Origin: Eledone cirrhosa
Taxonomy: Eukaryota
Assembly (NCBI GenBank): GCA_964016885.1
Contig: OZ024743.1
Location: 271,188,001 to 271,252,000 of the forward strand
DNA length: 64,000 nt
Reading direction: 5' to 3'
Shown here: positions 50,524 to 63,844 of the stretch, one piece after another
Position numbering within the stretch: the stretch's first letter is position 1
Layout: each line of letters opens with the position of its first letter
Translations under genes and position numbers: made by a program
The notes under the pieces: generated by a model
Seen by the model: only the letters and a program-made list of their open reading frames with translations
Databases searched by the model: none
Told to the model about the DNA's origin: nothing

Positions 50524-53262
50524 TATAGATCAGGGGAGCACTCCAGTCAGATAGATTTTATCCTCATCAGAGGACGTGACAGATGGACGGTCGTAAACAC
50601 AAAAGCCTTCCCTAGTGAGGAATGTACATCCCAACATAGCTTAGTTATCAGCGACCTCACGGTCAGAACTAGACGAACCTGGAAACAGAGGCCAACCTGG
50701 AGAAGAAAGATCTGGAGGCTGAAAGTCCCCTCAACCAGTAACAGATTTAAAGATATTTTACTCAACGCCTATGACAGTAAAGAAGAACAGATAGAGACAT
50801 TTAATGTAGAAGAGAACTGGGAGTTCCTAAAAAATAATTTACTAGAGGCGACGGATGAGGTCTGTGGCTGGAGTAAGACCTCAAGCAGGAGGAGAGTGAC
50901 TTGGTGGTGGAACAATAAGGTAGATGAAGCAGTTAAGGCCAAGAGACAGGCATGGAAAGAATGGAAGAACGGGGGGAGCAGGGTACATTACATAGAGACC
51001 AAGAGGGAAGCTAGGCGACAAGTATACTTAGCTAGGAGGGAAGCAGAGGATAGAAAATTCAAGCATGTTTTGCAACGTGAGGACCAGAAACAGGAGGTAT
51101 TCAAGATTGCGAGGCAGTGTGTCAGAGATAGTTGTGATGTCATTGGAGAGAAGTGTATCCGGAATGATAAAGGTGAGCTTGCCCTCACAAGTGCTGAGAA
51201 GAAAGATGCATGGAAGAGTCATTATGATAGATTACTAAATGAGGAGAATGCATGGGAAGAAGAGACCCTACCCCAAGTAGACCCTATAGAGGGGCCAGCA
51301 GTACAAGTCAGCAGCAACGTAGTAAGTAAGGCAATCAAAGATATGAAGATGGGAAGGCAACCGGTCCATCGGGTATAACTGCCGAGATGCTGAAGGCATC
51401 TGGGTCTGTAGGTCACACTATAACCACACGTATTGTTAACCAGGTAATACTAGGTGTCATACCAAAAGATTGGTGCAGTAGCATCATTGTCAACTGCTAC
51501 AAAGGTAAAGGCGATGCACTAGATAGAGGAAACTATAGAGGTATAAAGTTGATGGACCAGGTCATGAAAGTAACAGAAAGAGTTATAGCACAGTTGATTA
51601 GGGACCGGGTGAAAATAGACGAGATGCAATTTGGGTTTGTACCAGGAAGAGGCACCACTGATGCCCTCTTCCTTGTGAGGCAGTTACAGGAAAAGTACCT
51701 AGCTAAAAGTAAGCCACTCTACTTGGCATTTGTCGACCTTGAGAAAGCCTTTGACAGAGTTCCACGTGCTGTAATCTGGTGGGCTCTTAGAAAACTAGGA
51801 GTAGATGAATGGCTTGTGAAAGCGGTACAAACCATGTATAGGGGAGCAGTCAGCAAAGTTAGGATTAGCAATGAGTATACCGAGGAATTTAGCATACAGG
51901 TTGGGGTCCACCAGGGCTCTGTTCTTAGCCCCCTCCTGTTCATCATAGTCCTGCAGGCAATAACAGAGGAGTTTAAGACCGGATGCCCATGGGAACTCCT
52001 GTATGCTGATGACCTTGCATTCATAGCTGAATCTATGGTAGAACTAGAGATAAATTCCAAACTTGGAAGCAGGGACTAGAAAGAAAGGGTCTCAAAGTCA
52101 ACATGACAAAGACTAAGGTCCTTGTAAGTAGACGAGAAAACAGAACCCAGATCCCCTCAGTGAAATGGCCTTGCTCAGTATGTAGGAAAGGTGTAGGTAG
52201 GAACTCCATTCTCTGCCCCAAATGCAAACAATGGGTACACAAGATATGTAGCGGGATCTCAGGAAGCTTAATTAAGAATGTAGGCTTCACATGCAGCAGC
52301 TGTGCTGGGACAGCAAGCAGCAAACAGCCACAGGAAACAAGTACCACCAATCTCTGGGAGGGCTCTGTAGAAACAGTAGACAGCTTCTGCTACCTAGGTG
52401 GCCGAATTAGCAGCGGAGGTGGGTGTTCAGAAAGTACAATAACTAGGGTAAGAACGGGATGGAAGAAGTTTAGGGAACTACTACCACTGCTAGCTGCAAA
52501 AGGCTTTTCCTTCAAAATGAAAGGCAGACTGTATGATGCGTGTATCCGAACAGCAATGTTGCATGGTAGTGAGACCTGGGCGCTGAAGGTGGAAGACTTA
52601 CGTAGATTAGAGAGAAACGAAGCCTGCATGCTCCGATGGATGTGTAACACTAATATCCGTGAACGACAAAGCATAAATGAATTGAGAGAGAGACTGGGCA
52701 TAAGAGGAATCAAATGCTGTGTGCAGGAGAGGCAGTTGCGCTGGTATGGACATGTGATGCGTATGAAGGATGACAGCTGCATAAAAAGGTGCAGAGCACT
52801 AGAAGTTGATGGAAACCGCGGAGTGGGGAGACCCAAGATGACCTGGGATGAGGTGATAAAAGCCGACCTTACCCAATTTCACCTCTCAAAGGCAATGACA
52901 CACGACCGTGACCTCTGGCGTCATGCAGTAATACAGAGTACCCGACCTCCCATGGGTACAAGCTGAAGCATATAGACAATATGCCCCCACATCCCCCCAC
53001 CACAAGGTGGTCGTGGAGGTGCCACGGCAAAAAAGCACCCAGCCCACACTGTAAAGTGGACGTGTAGGCGCCACAAAAAAGCACCCAGCACTCACTGTAA
53101 ATGAGGTTGGTGTTAGGAAGGGCATCCAGCTGTAGAAATCAAGCCAAATCAGTTCCTGTATAAGCAAGGCATGGTCAGCCGACCAGACACTGCCCACAAC
53201 AGGACAACCCGTCTAACCCATGCTAGCGTGGAAGAACGAACGTAAAACGGTGATGATGATGA
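50524..53262 (+). mobile_element. RTE-clade LINE (family B), 5'-truncated, frameshifted
   Basis: Frames 50347-51378 (SQIDFIL), 51387-52079 (FVDLEKAFD, YADD) and 52103-52966 ([11 protein letters not shown]-like, GRPKMTW); 3'UTR and (GAT)n tail. Confidence 0.95.
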
Positions 53263-53404
53263 TATATATATATATACTTACGTTGTCAGTGTATGTATAG
53301 TGTTTAAGGCTGCGTTATGAAAATGTGTAGATGTATATATATATATATGTGTGTGTGTGGGTGATGTTTGAGAATGTGTTATGAAAATGTGTTGATGTAT
53401 CATT

Positions 53405-53660
53405 TCATCATCATCATTTCATTTTACGTCCACTTTTCCCTGCTTGCAAGGGTGGGACGGGAACTGATTCTGGCTTGATTTCTACAGCTAGATGCCCTTC
53501 CTAACACCAACCTCATTTACAGTGAGTGCTGGGTGCTTTTTGGCCGTGGCACCTCCACGACCACTTTGCAGTGGAATGATAGGGACCCCAGTAAACTGGT
53601 GCAATGTGAAATAAAGTGCCTTGCTCAAGGAAACAACACATCACCTGGTCTGAGAATTAT
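53405..53660 (-). mobile_element. SINE, 5'-truncated
   Basis: Reverse copy of the tail and central block. Confidence 0.8.
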
Positions 53661-53879
53661 GCTGTCTGCAAGCTCATTCAAACCACAGCTGTGAGCAGGT
53701 GTGCAGGCATGTCCGGTAATTGAGACGTTAACCGGTAATTGAGATCCTAAAAATGGAAAAACCCAGCGCCCCCCCTAACTCCCTCCCCCAGCTCCAAACG
53801 CCCCCCTAACGCGACCTTGCTCCCTTGCTCCCCCACTGGAGTTCCGAAACGCCCCCCGTTGAGAACCTTTGCTTTAAAG

Positions 53880-55040
53880 AATAGCTTTGCTAAAGATGTT
53901 TTAACGCTTAATGAGAATGGGGGTGAGTACCAAATAATATTTCTCGTTCTATTTCTTCTGTTAGTTTTAGAGTTTAAGTTAGATTTTTTATTGTAATTAT
54001 AATTAATAGTAGGGTTATTTGCCTTATCACTGTTGCCGATGTATTTAATCTTATTTATATAGCCTGCTGTATTTAAAGCTTCATTATAATATTCTGCCTT
54101 ATTGTCAAAAATGTGTGAAATACATTGTTGGATAGAATTTACAATAGTGTTCTTGATAGATCTAGGATGATTAGAGTTAACATTTACATGGTTTAGATTC
54201 TCATTAATTTTATGGAATGGATAGTAGAGCCCTGTGTTAAGGTTTAATGTTACGTCTAAAAAGTTAACACTTTTATAGTTATTCTCTATTTCTAACTTAA
54301 GGTTGTAGCTATTGAAAAATTCTATTATTGAATTTCTTTTCCTATTAATTTCACAATTACTATGATTTTCAATTAAAACAGCATATCATCATGATATAAA
54401 CCACCGGTCATCTCTGGTATTTTTCTATGCAGTGTATTATTAATAAATAGTCCCACAAGATCCGTTATTTGCGCCGAGTCTGATGACCCCATGGTGATAT
54501 CAAAATTATGTTTTCTATCGGCTCTAGTCCAGAGATGATTGTTGAATTCAATTAAAGTTTTCCGTGCAGTTAAAATGATATGCATTTCTTCGCTAGATAA
54601 ATCTGTGTGTTTAGATGCATAGATAAGAGCTTTATTAAGTAAACTAGGAGTAATAGAGGAGTAGTAATTTGCAATATCCAATTGAATGAATTTTTTGTTA
54701 TGTTTAAATTGTATGTTATTAAACCAATCTATAACTTCATTAGTACCGTTCCATAGTTTTAGGTGTGATTTTTCTTTAAGTTGTGGTATGATTCTATCTA
54801 ATATATGTTTACTAACTATGCCTAAGTCTGATTTAGATGGTGCTATAAGTCTGACTGGTAGTTCTATTTCAAAGTTTCTTTTGTGGTCTTTCAGGTTAAT
54901 TTTTGGTCTTCTAGGTATAAAGGGTTTGGTCCTATTTAATATCATTGAATATTTACTCCAGCAACTTGTTGAGTGCTCTAAATCAGTTATAAACATTTAT
55001 GTTTGTCGGACTTCCAACAAATTAAAAACAACTTCTACTT
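53880..55040 (-). mobile_element. Penelope-like retroelement RT fragment (probably Naiad-type)
   Basis: ORF 54373-54996: RLIAPSKSDLGIVSKHILDRI, EVIDWFNNI, FIQLDIANYYSSIT, FDITMGSSDSAQITDLVGL, GLYHDD. Later frames give VNFLDVTLNL, NSNHPRSI and NIIWYSPPFS. Confidence 0.85.
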
Positions 55041-56399
55041 AATATATATATATAGGTGTGTGTGCATATGTTTATTTATGTATGTGTACATGAATCTGCA
55101 CATTTTGTAGCACCATATGTATATCTGAGTCAAGTGTATTTGTGTGCATGTATATGCTGCACATGTTGATGTGATCTTTCTCATGTGCAGCTATTCTGCC
55201 ACTCAATAAAACTGCAGCAGCTTCTGGAATGGACACCAGTCTGGTGGATTTGCTTGTAATTTCTTTCCCCCATCCCCTGTCTTTCTTGTTATAGATCTCC
55301 CCCTACCACTCTCTTTATCTATATGTGTGTGTATGTAGTTCGGATCTAGCTGTTGAAATGGACAGAGCTCAGCTGTCGGGGTCCTGACTCTGTTCCTCTG
55401 TATGTATGTGTGTGTGTGTGTGTATATATATAGAGAGAGAGAGAGAACACATATATAAACATCCATACATACTGACATGGTCTCTCTATCTCTCTCCTTT
55501 TCCCTATCTCCCTTCCCTCTCTCTTAACCTTTTTCTCCCTCTATCTTCTCTCCTTCACCACCTACCCACCTCTCACAATCACATCATTCATTAACCCGTT
55601 TAATACCAGACCCCCTAAAACCCAGCCTTGGTTCTATGATACATAGCTGTTTGTTTTAAAAGGATTATCATCGTCATCATTGTCATGGCCTTTGTTTTTA
55701 TGTCCACTTTTCCATGCAGACGTGAGTTGCACAGAAGATTTTGAGACAATGTTTTACAGTTGTGTGTCCTTAAAGATGCTAACCCTTTTAGCTGCCTCAT
55801 ACACCATGCAGGGATTCAGTGTGCCTATTTTAAAAACTAGGATACACACATATCTAAAAACCTTCCATCCTAATTTTATGTAAGAACCTTTGTTGAGTTA
55901 CATTCTACACCCCAGCTTAATTATGTGAAAGTTGGGTGTATTACTGAGCTTTTCCTGGGATAGTTGAAATATGTTAATAAAAGGGTTAGACAATGTCCAT
56001 CTTGCCTTTTCAGACGTCATTTTCTAATGAAAGACACTGCTTCTGATTTTGAAATAATTTTGAAAATAATCAAGAATTTTACAGGATCTAATATTATAAC
56101 TAACTAATGTTTGGAGAGATTTAGTGAAATAACTAACTTTCTCATTGTTAAGCTTCTGTTTGAAACATAGCTTATTAAAGGTTCTTATATAAAATTATGA
56201 TAGGTTTTTAGATAAATATGAACAACTTAAAATAAACAGTTTGGTAACATAGAACTAGAGGTAGTTTCAAGTAGTTTTTTATCAAAAGGCTTAAACAAGT
56301 AGTTTTGTGTCATACAACCAGTTGATATTTCAGGTGGTTTGATATGAAAAGAGTTAAACATCTTTGATCACATAAAATAATAATGAAAATTATTATGTA

Positions 56400-57000
56400 C
56401 AGTGCTCGGGTGCATTAGAACTCATTAAAGGTGCATGTATAGTACATAGAATAATGTACAAATGTCAAGAAAGTAAACAGTTTATGAGTCATGATATATA
56501 CACAGACACACCCATGCATGTGTGTGTATGGGAGGGGAATATCAGGTATAGTTTGGCAAATTTTGGGAAACATGGAAGTTTTGAAGGATGCAGTGTCCTG
56601 ACAGCTAACAACTGATGCTGGTAGTTTGTTCCATGCTTCAGCAACTCTGAGTGTGAAAAAATGTTTCCGAAAGTCATGGGAGCTGTACTGTTTTTTTATT
56701 TTGTAAGCATGTCCACGGGTGTTAGACACATGGAAATCAAAAAGTTTCCAGGGTTGGAAAGGTGATTGATAATCTTGTGAGTGTCTACCAAGTCAGTTGC
56801 TAGGCATCAAAACTTTAATGTATCCATGCCCAGGGAAGCAAGGCGCTCAGAATATGGTAGATGCCTGATGGAGGGTATTCATTTAGATCAATATTCTGAG
56901 CAAGATAGGGGTTCCAGACTGGTGATGCAAATTCTAAGTGTGGACACACCGTAGCTATATACAGCTTTAAATAGATAGTTTGAGAGCGGCTGACACAAGT
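56400..57000 (-). mobile_element. CR1-group LINE 3' fragment
   Basis: PHLEFASPVWNP, YSERLASLG and TRGHAYKI...RKHFFTLRVAEAWNKLP...ASFK motifs. Confidence 0.85.
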
Positions 57001-57036
57001 CTTACTAGTACATAGATCAGGCTAGTACGTAATGAA

Positions 57037-57234
57037 TGAGGGTTGGCTGAAAAGTTCATAGGTTGACCAAGATACTCTCATGGAATGACCGAACAAGTTT
57101 CATTTTTCAACATACTCCCTGGGAAGAAACAATACAGTTATTAATAAGAATAGTTGAAATTAATGCATGCAAGATTTCACAACCCTAGCATTATTCCTTC
57201 ATACTCAGCCTATGAGCTTTTCAACCCACCCTCA
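57037..57234. mobile_element. mariner-like MITE
   Basis: TIRs TGAGGGTTGGCTGAAAAGTTCATAGG / CCTATGAGCTTTTCAACCCACCCTCA. Confidence 0.7.
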
Positions 57235-57316
57235 TGTTATGTGACTACAATTGTTTTGTAATCTTTACCATTTCTTTTTCTTATATATTTCTTCTTTTTT
57301 TTTTCCTCTTTTCCAG

Positions 57317-57418
57317 CTGTACGACAACGCAATGATCAACGCTGGACTGACAGACGATCCGAGAGCCATGGTGGGGAGACTGAATCAACTTTTAGTGAAA
57401 GCTCTAGAAAACAATTGA
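57317..57418 (+). CDS. TRAP1: TRAP1 last coding exon
   Basis: Long pyrimidine tract + TTCCAG acceptor. Reads [33 protein letters not shown]-stop (TGA 57416-57418), close to the TRAP1 C-terminus [33 protein letters not shown]. Confidence 0.95.
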   Translation: MYDNAMINAGLTDDPRAMVGRLNQLLVKALENN

Positions 57419-57683
57419 ACAAATGGGCCATCCCAAACATCATCAGCCCTACATATTGTGCTGTACAGAACCCACATGGCGCACTCATCTAATTTATCAT
57501 CAACCCATCATTCTAAAGTCCCATTTAGTGATGACCATCAGCTGCTTACAGACAAAACACTAACAACACACTCCAACTAAAATTTTTTTCTCTCACCCTC
57601 TGTACATATATATATATATATGTGTGTGTGTGTATATGTATATATAGTATATATATATATATGTGTGTGTGTATATATATATA

Positions 57684-57922
57684 TGAAGTATTTCCGTAGG
57701 AAAGGTAAAGGAAAAAAGAGTGCTCTATGTAGGCTACAGAGCTTTTTAGTTATGTAATAAACAACATAAGATAATATTTCATTTACCAAAGGTTTCACAA
57801 AGACATTCGTCAGAATGAAATTTTATTTTATAAAATTTCATTCTGACAATTGAAGGCTCGTCTGTCTGTGAAACCTTTGGTAAATGAAATAATTATCTTA
57901 TGTTGTTTATTACATAACTAAA
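57684..57922 (-). mobile_element. Inverted-repeat + tail element with a hammerhead in each arm (Penelope-like terminal repeat pair)
   Basis: Arms 57745-57826 / 57830-57922. The minus arm (57776-57821) reads AUUUCAUU-CUGACGA-AUGUCUUUGU-GAAAC-CUUUG-GUA-AAUGAAAU. The plus arm (57835-57890) has a damaged core (CUGACAA). The tail is homologous to 33650-33702. Confidence 0.75.
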
Positions 57923-58071
57923 TATATATTATAAAGAGTCTGGACCCCAACGGCTGATCTCTTGCCATTTCAACATCTAGTTGACAATGAAAAAACAATG
58001 GAATTGTTTTTTTTCTTTGTCTTTGTTCTGTGGACCCTATTGAAAATATATAGACATACATATAAATACAC

Positions 58072-58099
<28 letters not shown>

Positions 58100-58103
<4 letters not shown>

Positions 58104-58300
58104 TCATTACTATTAAGGCTAAAAGGTGAGTCTTTTTACTCTGGAGTGTCAGCTGTTTACCACAGGGTTATCAGACAGATGACCCTGTGGTAAACAGGTG
58201 AAAATCCAGAGTAACAAGACTCACTTTTTAGCATTAATAATAATGAATATTAAAACTGTACTTCGGTATTGAGTACTACTTTTCCTCAGCCGTCAACCAC
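58100..58300 (+). mobile_element. Inverted-repeat + tail element with decayed hammerhead cores
   Basis: About 75-bp arms; the arm consensus is CUGAUGA-CCCUGU-GGUAA-ACAGG(U)-GAAAC-UCCAGA-GUA; the tail contains GTATTGAGTACT. Confidence 0.6.
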
Positions 58301-58304
58301 ATAC

Positions 58305-58343
<39 letters not shown>

Positions 58344-58401
58344 CACTCTGCTTTAGCATTGAGTGCTAATATTGTACAGTAACCCACAAAATTACTGAAT
58401 A

Positions 58402-58470
<69 letters not shown>

Positions 58471-58812
58471 TACATAATGTGTGAGTGTGTGTATCACCTT
58501 AACACCTTCAACAAGGAGACACAATTAACCAGTTACCTGTATCTACTTGTTGATTAAGATACTGACTCATAAGCTACAGATGAAAGACAATAAACAAAGA
58601 CTAGTTGAATATCTGCACTTCATTTGTGACACTTTACAAAACAGATAACACAAACACACACAAACAACAAACCCAAACAACCTACACACTGTACAGACAT
58701 ATAGAGTACACTCTACATATACAGATTAAACACTGACACTAAACATGCAATATAGCTGCTGAAACCCCTTCATGTATGTGGCTGTGCATTCCACAAACAT
58801 GTGCACCTTTAA

Positions 58813-59020
58813 TCCTTTAGCATTTACATTACTCTATATTTGCCATTGTATTTTCATGGTAAAGGCTTTATTTCACATAATCTCGAATCTATGAGATTTT
58901 GATATTATTGATTTTGAGAACAATACTTTAACATAAGTATTAGAAGTCAATTATAACCGGCTTGAACAGAAAGAGGTGAGAGAATTCTGACCAGATGTGG
59001 CCAGTTTAAATGCTAAAGGG
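58813..59020. mobile_element. piggyBac-like MITE
   Basis: TTAA flanks and TIRs (T/C)CCTTTAGCATTTA / TAAATGCTAAAGGG; homologous to 37197-37413. Confidence 0.7.
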
Positions 59021-59029
59021 TTAATGTAA

Positions 59030-59218
59030 TCCTTGGAGATTCAGTGTGACAAGTTAGCCCTTTGAATTACAGGTGCAAATCATCTTTTGCCAGTTGAGTG
59101 TACTGGAGCAACATGAAATAAAGTATCTTGCTCAAGAGACACAATGGGTTGCTGGGAGTCAAACTCACAACCATATGATTGTGGACCTAAAATCCTAAAC
59201 ACTTAGCCACACACCTTC
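59030..59218 (-). mobile_element. Older tRNA-derived SINE (head + central block)
   Basis: ACTGGAGCAACATGAAATAAAGTATCTTGCTCAAG...CTTAGCCACAC resembles the reverse SINE head. Confidence 0.6.
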
Positions 59219-59332
59219 ACTCTCTACATTTACACACATACACACTACACTCATACATTGCACACACACATATTTACACAATGTTCTGTTGATTCAGCTT
59301 CAAAACAAGACTGCTTGGTCTGATCAAAGACT

Positions 59333-60779
59333 GTGAACTACTGTACTGTATATACACTGTCTAGTGTCAACTACTGTACTGTATATACACTGTCTAGTGT
59401 CAACTACTACACTGTATATATACTGTCTAGTGTCAACTACAGTACTGTATATACACTGTCTAGTGTCAACTACTGTACTGTATATACACTGTCTAGTGTC
59501 AACTACTGTACTGTATATACACTGTCTAGTGTCAACTACTGTACTGTATATACACTGTCTAGTGTCAACTACTGTACTGTATATACACTGTCTAGTGTCA
59601 ACTACTGTACTGTATATACACTGTCTAGTGTCAACTACTACACTGTATATATACTGTCTAGTGTCAACTACAGTACTGTATATACACTGTCTAGTGTCAA
59701 CTACTGTACTGTATATATACTGTCTAGTGTCAACTACAGTACTGTATATATACTGTCTAGTGTCAACTACTGTACTGTATATACACTGTCTAGTGTCAAC
59801 TACTGTACTGTATATACACTGTCTAGTGTCAACTACTGTACTGTATATACACTGTCTAGTGTCAACTACTACACTGTATATACACTGTCTAGTGTCAACT
59901 ACTGTACTGTATATACACTGTCTTGTGACAACTTCAGTACTGTATATACACTGTCTAGTGTCAACTACTGTACTGTATATACACTGTCTAGTGTCAACTA
60001 CTACACTGTATATACACTGTCTAGTGTCAACTACTGTACTGTATATACACTGTCTTGTGACAACTGCAGTACTGTATATACACTGTCTAGTGTCAACTAC
60101 TGTACTGTATATACACTGTCTAGTGTCAACTACAGTACTGTATATACACTGTCTAGTGTCAACTACTGTACTGTATATACACTGTCTAGTGTCAACTACA
60201 GTACTGTATATACACTGTCTAGTGTCAACTACAGTACTGTATATATACTGTCTAGTGTCAACTACTGTACTGTATATACACTGTCTAGTGTCAACTACTG
60301 TACTGTATATACACTGTCTAGTGTCAACTACTACACTGTATATATACTGTCTAGTGTCAACTACAGTACTGTATATACACTGTCTAGTGTCAACTACTGT
60401 ACTGTATATATACTGTCTAGTGTCAACTACTGTACTGTATATACACTGTCTAGTGTCAACTACAGTACTGTATATACACTGTCTAGTGTCAACTACTGTA
60501 CTGTATATACACTGTCTAGTGTCAACTACAGTACTGTATATATACTGTCTAGTGTCAACTACTACACTGTATATACACTGTCTAGTGTCAACTAATGTAC
60601 TGTATATACACTGTCTTGTGACAACTGCAGTACTGTATATACACTGTCTAGTGTCAACTACTGTACTGTATATACACTGTCTAGTGTCAACTACAGTACT
60701 GTATATACACTGTCTAGTGTCAACTACTGTACTGTATATACACTGTCTAGTGTCAACTGCAGTACTGTATATACACTGT
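59333..60779. repeat. 33-bp minisatellite (TCAACTACTGTACTGTATATACACTGTCTAGTG)n, ~44 copies
   Basis: Seen directly; it generates the artefactual 11-aa repeat ORFs. Confidence 0.97.
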
Positions 60780-60902
60780 TCAATGTTTGGTCATCATTTA
60801 CACACTTGTTAGTATTTTTAGTAAATAAACAATACATGTCACAGTTATGTCTTCTTTTTCTTCATTTTTTGTTGTCATTTAATAACCTTGGGAGAGGGGG
60901 TG

Positions 60903-63280
60903 CTATAATATCTAGAGTGGTGGGAAGATGTGACTATAATATCCTGAGTGGTGGGAAGATGTGACTATAATATCCTGAGTGGTGGGAAGATGTGACTATA
61001 ATATCCTGAGTGGTGGGAAGATGTGACTATAGTATCTAGAGTGGTGGGAAGATGTGACTATAATATCTAGAGTGATGGGAAGATATGACTATAATATCCT
61101 GAGTGGTGGGAAGATGTAACTATAATATACTGAGTGGTGGGAAGATGTGACTATAATATCCTGAGTGGTGGGAAGATGTGACTATAATATCCTGAGTGGT
61201 GGGAAAATGTAACTATAATATCCTGAGTGGTGGGAAGATGTGACTATAATATCCTGAGTGGTGGGAAGATGTGACTATAATATCCTGAGTGGTGGGAAGA
61301 TGTGACTATAGTATCTAGAGTGGTGGGAAGATGTGACTATAATATCTAGAGTGATGGGAAGATATGACTATAATATCCTGAGTGGTGGGAAGATGTGACT
61401 ATAGTATCTAGAGTGGTGGGAAGATGTGACTATAATATCTAGAGTGATGGGTAGATGTGACTAGTATCCTGAGTGGTGGGAAGATATGAGTATAATATCT
61501 AGAGTGATGGGAAGATGTGACTATAGTATCCTGAGTGGTGGGAAGAGGACTATAATATCTAGAGTGGTGGGAAGATGTGACTATAATATCCCAGGGTGGT
61601 GGGAAGATGTGACTATAATATCCTGAGTGGTGGGAAGATGTGACTATAATATCTAGAGTGGTGGGAAGATGTGACTATAATATCCTGAGTGGTGGGATGA
61701 TGTGACTATAATATTTAGAGTGGTGGGAAGATGTGACTATAATATCCTGAGTGGTGGGAAGATGTGACTATAATATCCTGAGTGGTGGGAAGATGTGACT
61801 ATAATATCCTGAGTGGTGGGAAGATGTGACTATAGTATCTAGAGTGGTGGGAAGATGTGACTATAATATCTAGAGTGATGGGAAGATATGACTATAATAT
61901 CCTGAGTGGTGGGAAGATGTAACTATAATATACTGAGTGGTGGGAAGATGTGACTATAATATCCTGAGTGGTGGGAAGATGTGACTATAATATCCTGAGT
62001 GGTGGGAAAATGTAACTATAATATCCTGAGTGGTGGGAAGATGTGACTATAATATCCTGAGTGGTGGGAAGATGTGACTATAATATCCTGAGTGGTGGGA
62101 AGATGTGACTATAGTATCTAGAGTGGTGGGAAGATGTGACTATAATATCTAGAGTGATGGGAAGATATGACTATAATATCCTGAGTGGTGGGAAGATGTG
62201 ACTATAGTATCTAGAGTGGTGGGAAGATGTGACTATAATATCTAGAGTGATGGGTAGATGTGACTAGTATCCTGAGTGGTGGGAAGATATGAGTATAATA
62301 TCTAGAGTGATGGGAAGATGTGACTATAGTATCCTGAGTGGTGGGAAGAGGACTATAATATCTAGAGTGGTGGGAAGATGTGACTATAATATCCCAGGGT
62401 GGTGGGAAGATGTGACTATAATATCCTGAGTGGTGGGAAGATGTGACTATAATATCTAGAGTGGTGGGAAGATGTGACTATAATATCCTGAGTGGTGGGA
62501 TGATGTGACTATAATATTTAGAGTGGTGGGAAGATGTGACTATAATATCTAGAGAGGTGGGAAGATGTGACTATAATATCCTAAGTGGTGGGAAGATGTG
62601 ACTATAGTATCCTGAGTGGTGGGAAGATGTGACTATAATATTCTAAGTGGTGGGAAGATGTGACTATAGTATCCTGAGTGGTGGGAAGATGTGACTATAG
62701 TATCCTGAGTGGTGGGAAGATGTGACTATAATATCCTAAGTGGTGGGAAGATGTGACTATAGTATCCTGAGTGGTGGGAAGATGTGACTATAGTATCCTG
62801 AGTGGTGGGAAGATGTGACTATAATATCCTAAGTGGTGGGAAGATGTGACTATAGTATCCTGAGTGGTGGGAAGATGTGACTATAGTATCCTGAGTGGTG
62901 GGAAGATGTGACTATAATATCCTAAGTGGTGGGAAGATGTGACTATAGTATCCTGAGTGGTGGGAAGATGTGACTATAGTATCCTGAGTGGTGGGAAGAT
63001 GTGACTATAGTATCCTGAGTGGTGGGAAGATGTGACTATAATATCCTAAGTGGTGGGAAGATGTGACTATAATATCCTAAGTGGTGGGAAGATGTGACTA
63101 TAGTATCCTGAGTGGTGGGAAGATGTGACTATAATATCTAGAGTGATGGGAAGATGTGACTATAGTATCTAGAGTGGTGGGAAGATGTGACTATAATATC
63201 CAAGGGTGGTGGGAAGATCTGACTATAGTATCTAGAGAGGTGGGAAGATGTGACTATAATATCTAGAGTGGTGTGACTAT
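60903..63280. repeat. 31-bp minisatellite (GAGTGGTGGGAAGATGTGACTATAATATCCT)n, ~77 copies
   Basis: Seen directly; contains an 803-bp higher-order duplication. Confidence 0.97.
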
Positions 63281-63844
63281 ATAATCCCATACCCCAACCC
63301 ACTATCGCCTGATCTATTGTTGTTGCTGCAGCTGTTATTGTTGTTACTGTTGATATCGGTGCTGCTGCTGCTGCTGCAGCTCCTATTGTTGCTGTTGTTA
63401 TTCTCATTGTTTAGTTTCTCATCTGATCCCCTCATCAAGCAGTTGTTGCTACTTGTATTTGTTTTGTTACCAAACAATGCATTACCCTGGAAACAGTAAC
63501 CATTTCTTCATTTAGTCAATAAGTTGATTAGTGAACATGATCTGTTGTTGTTGTCATTGTTATTGTTATAATCATTATTGCTGTTGTTATTGTTGTTGCT
63601 GTCATCTATGTCATTGTTCTTGTTGTTGTCATTGTTGTTACCACTTGTTTGTTTTTGTCTTTTTCTATTTTGAAAGATATGTACTGAATATTGAATATCC
63701 TAAAACACCCACTGCACACAACACTGCACACACACCTGCTTTTCTATCCTTGCATGTTTTTTCTATAGCGATATGCACTTAATGTAGTTCTAGATATAAA
63801 AAAGACAAAGATTGTAGTTGGAATGTCTTTGATTATAGGGCTGC

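Noticed and set aside
53680-53875. hAT-like transposon end (CGCCCCCCGTTGAGAACC)
   Set aside because: Only one weak terminus, with no partner TIR or TSD, so it is not supportable as a feature.
59333-60812. 420- and 482-aa repeat-protein ORFs
   Set aside because: Artefact of a stop-free 33-bp minisatellite open in two frames; no splice or start context was found.
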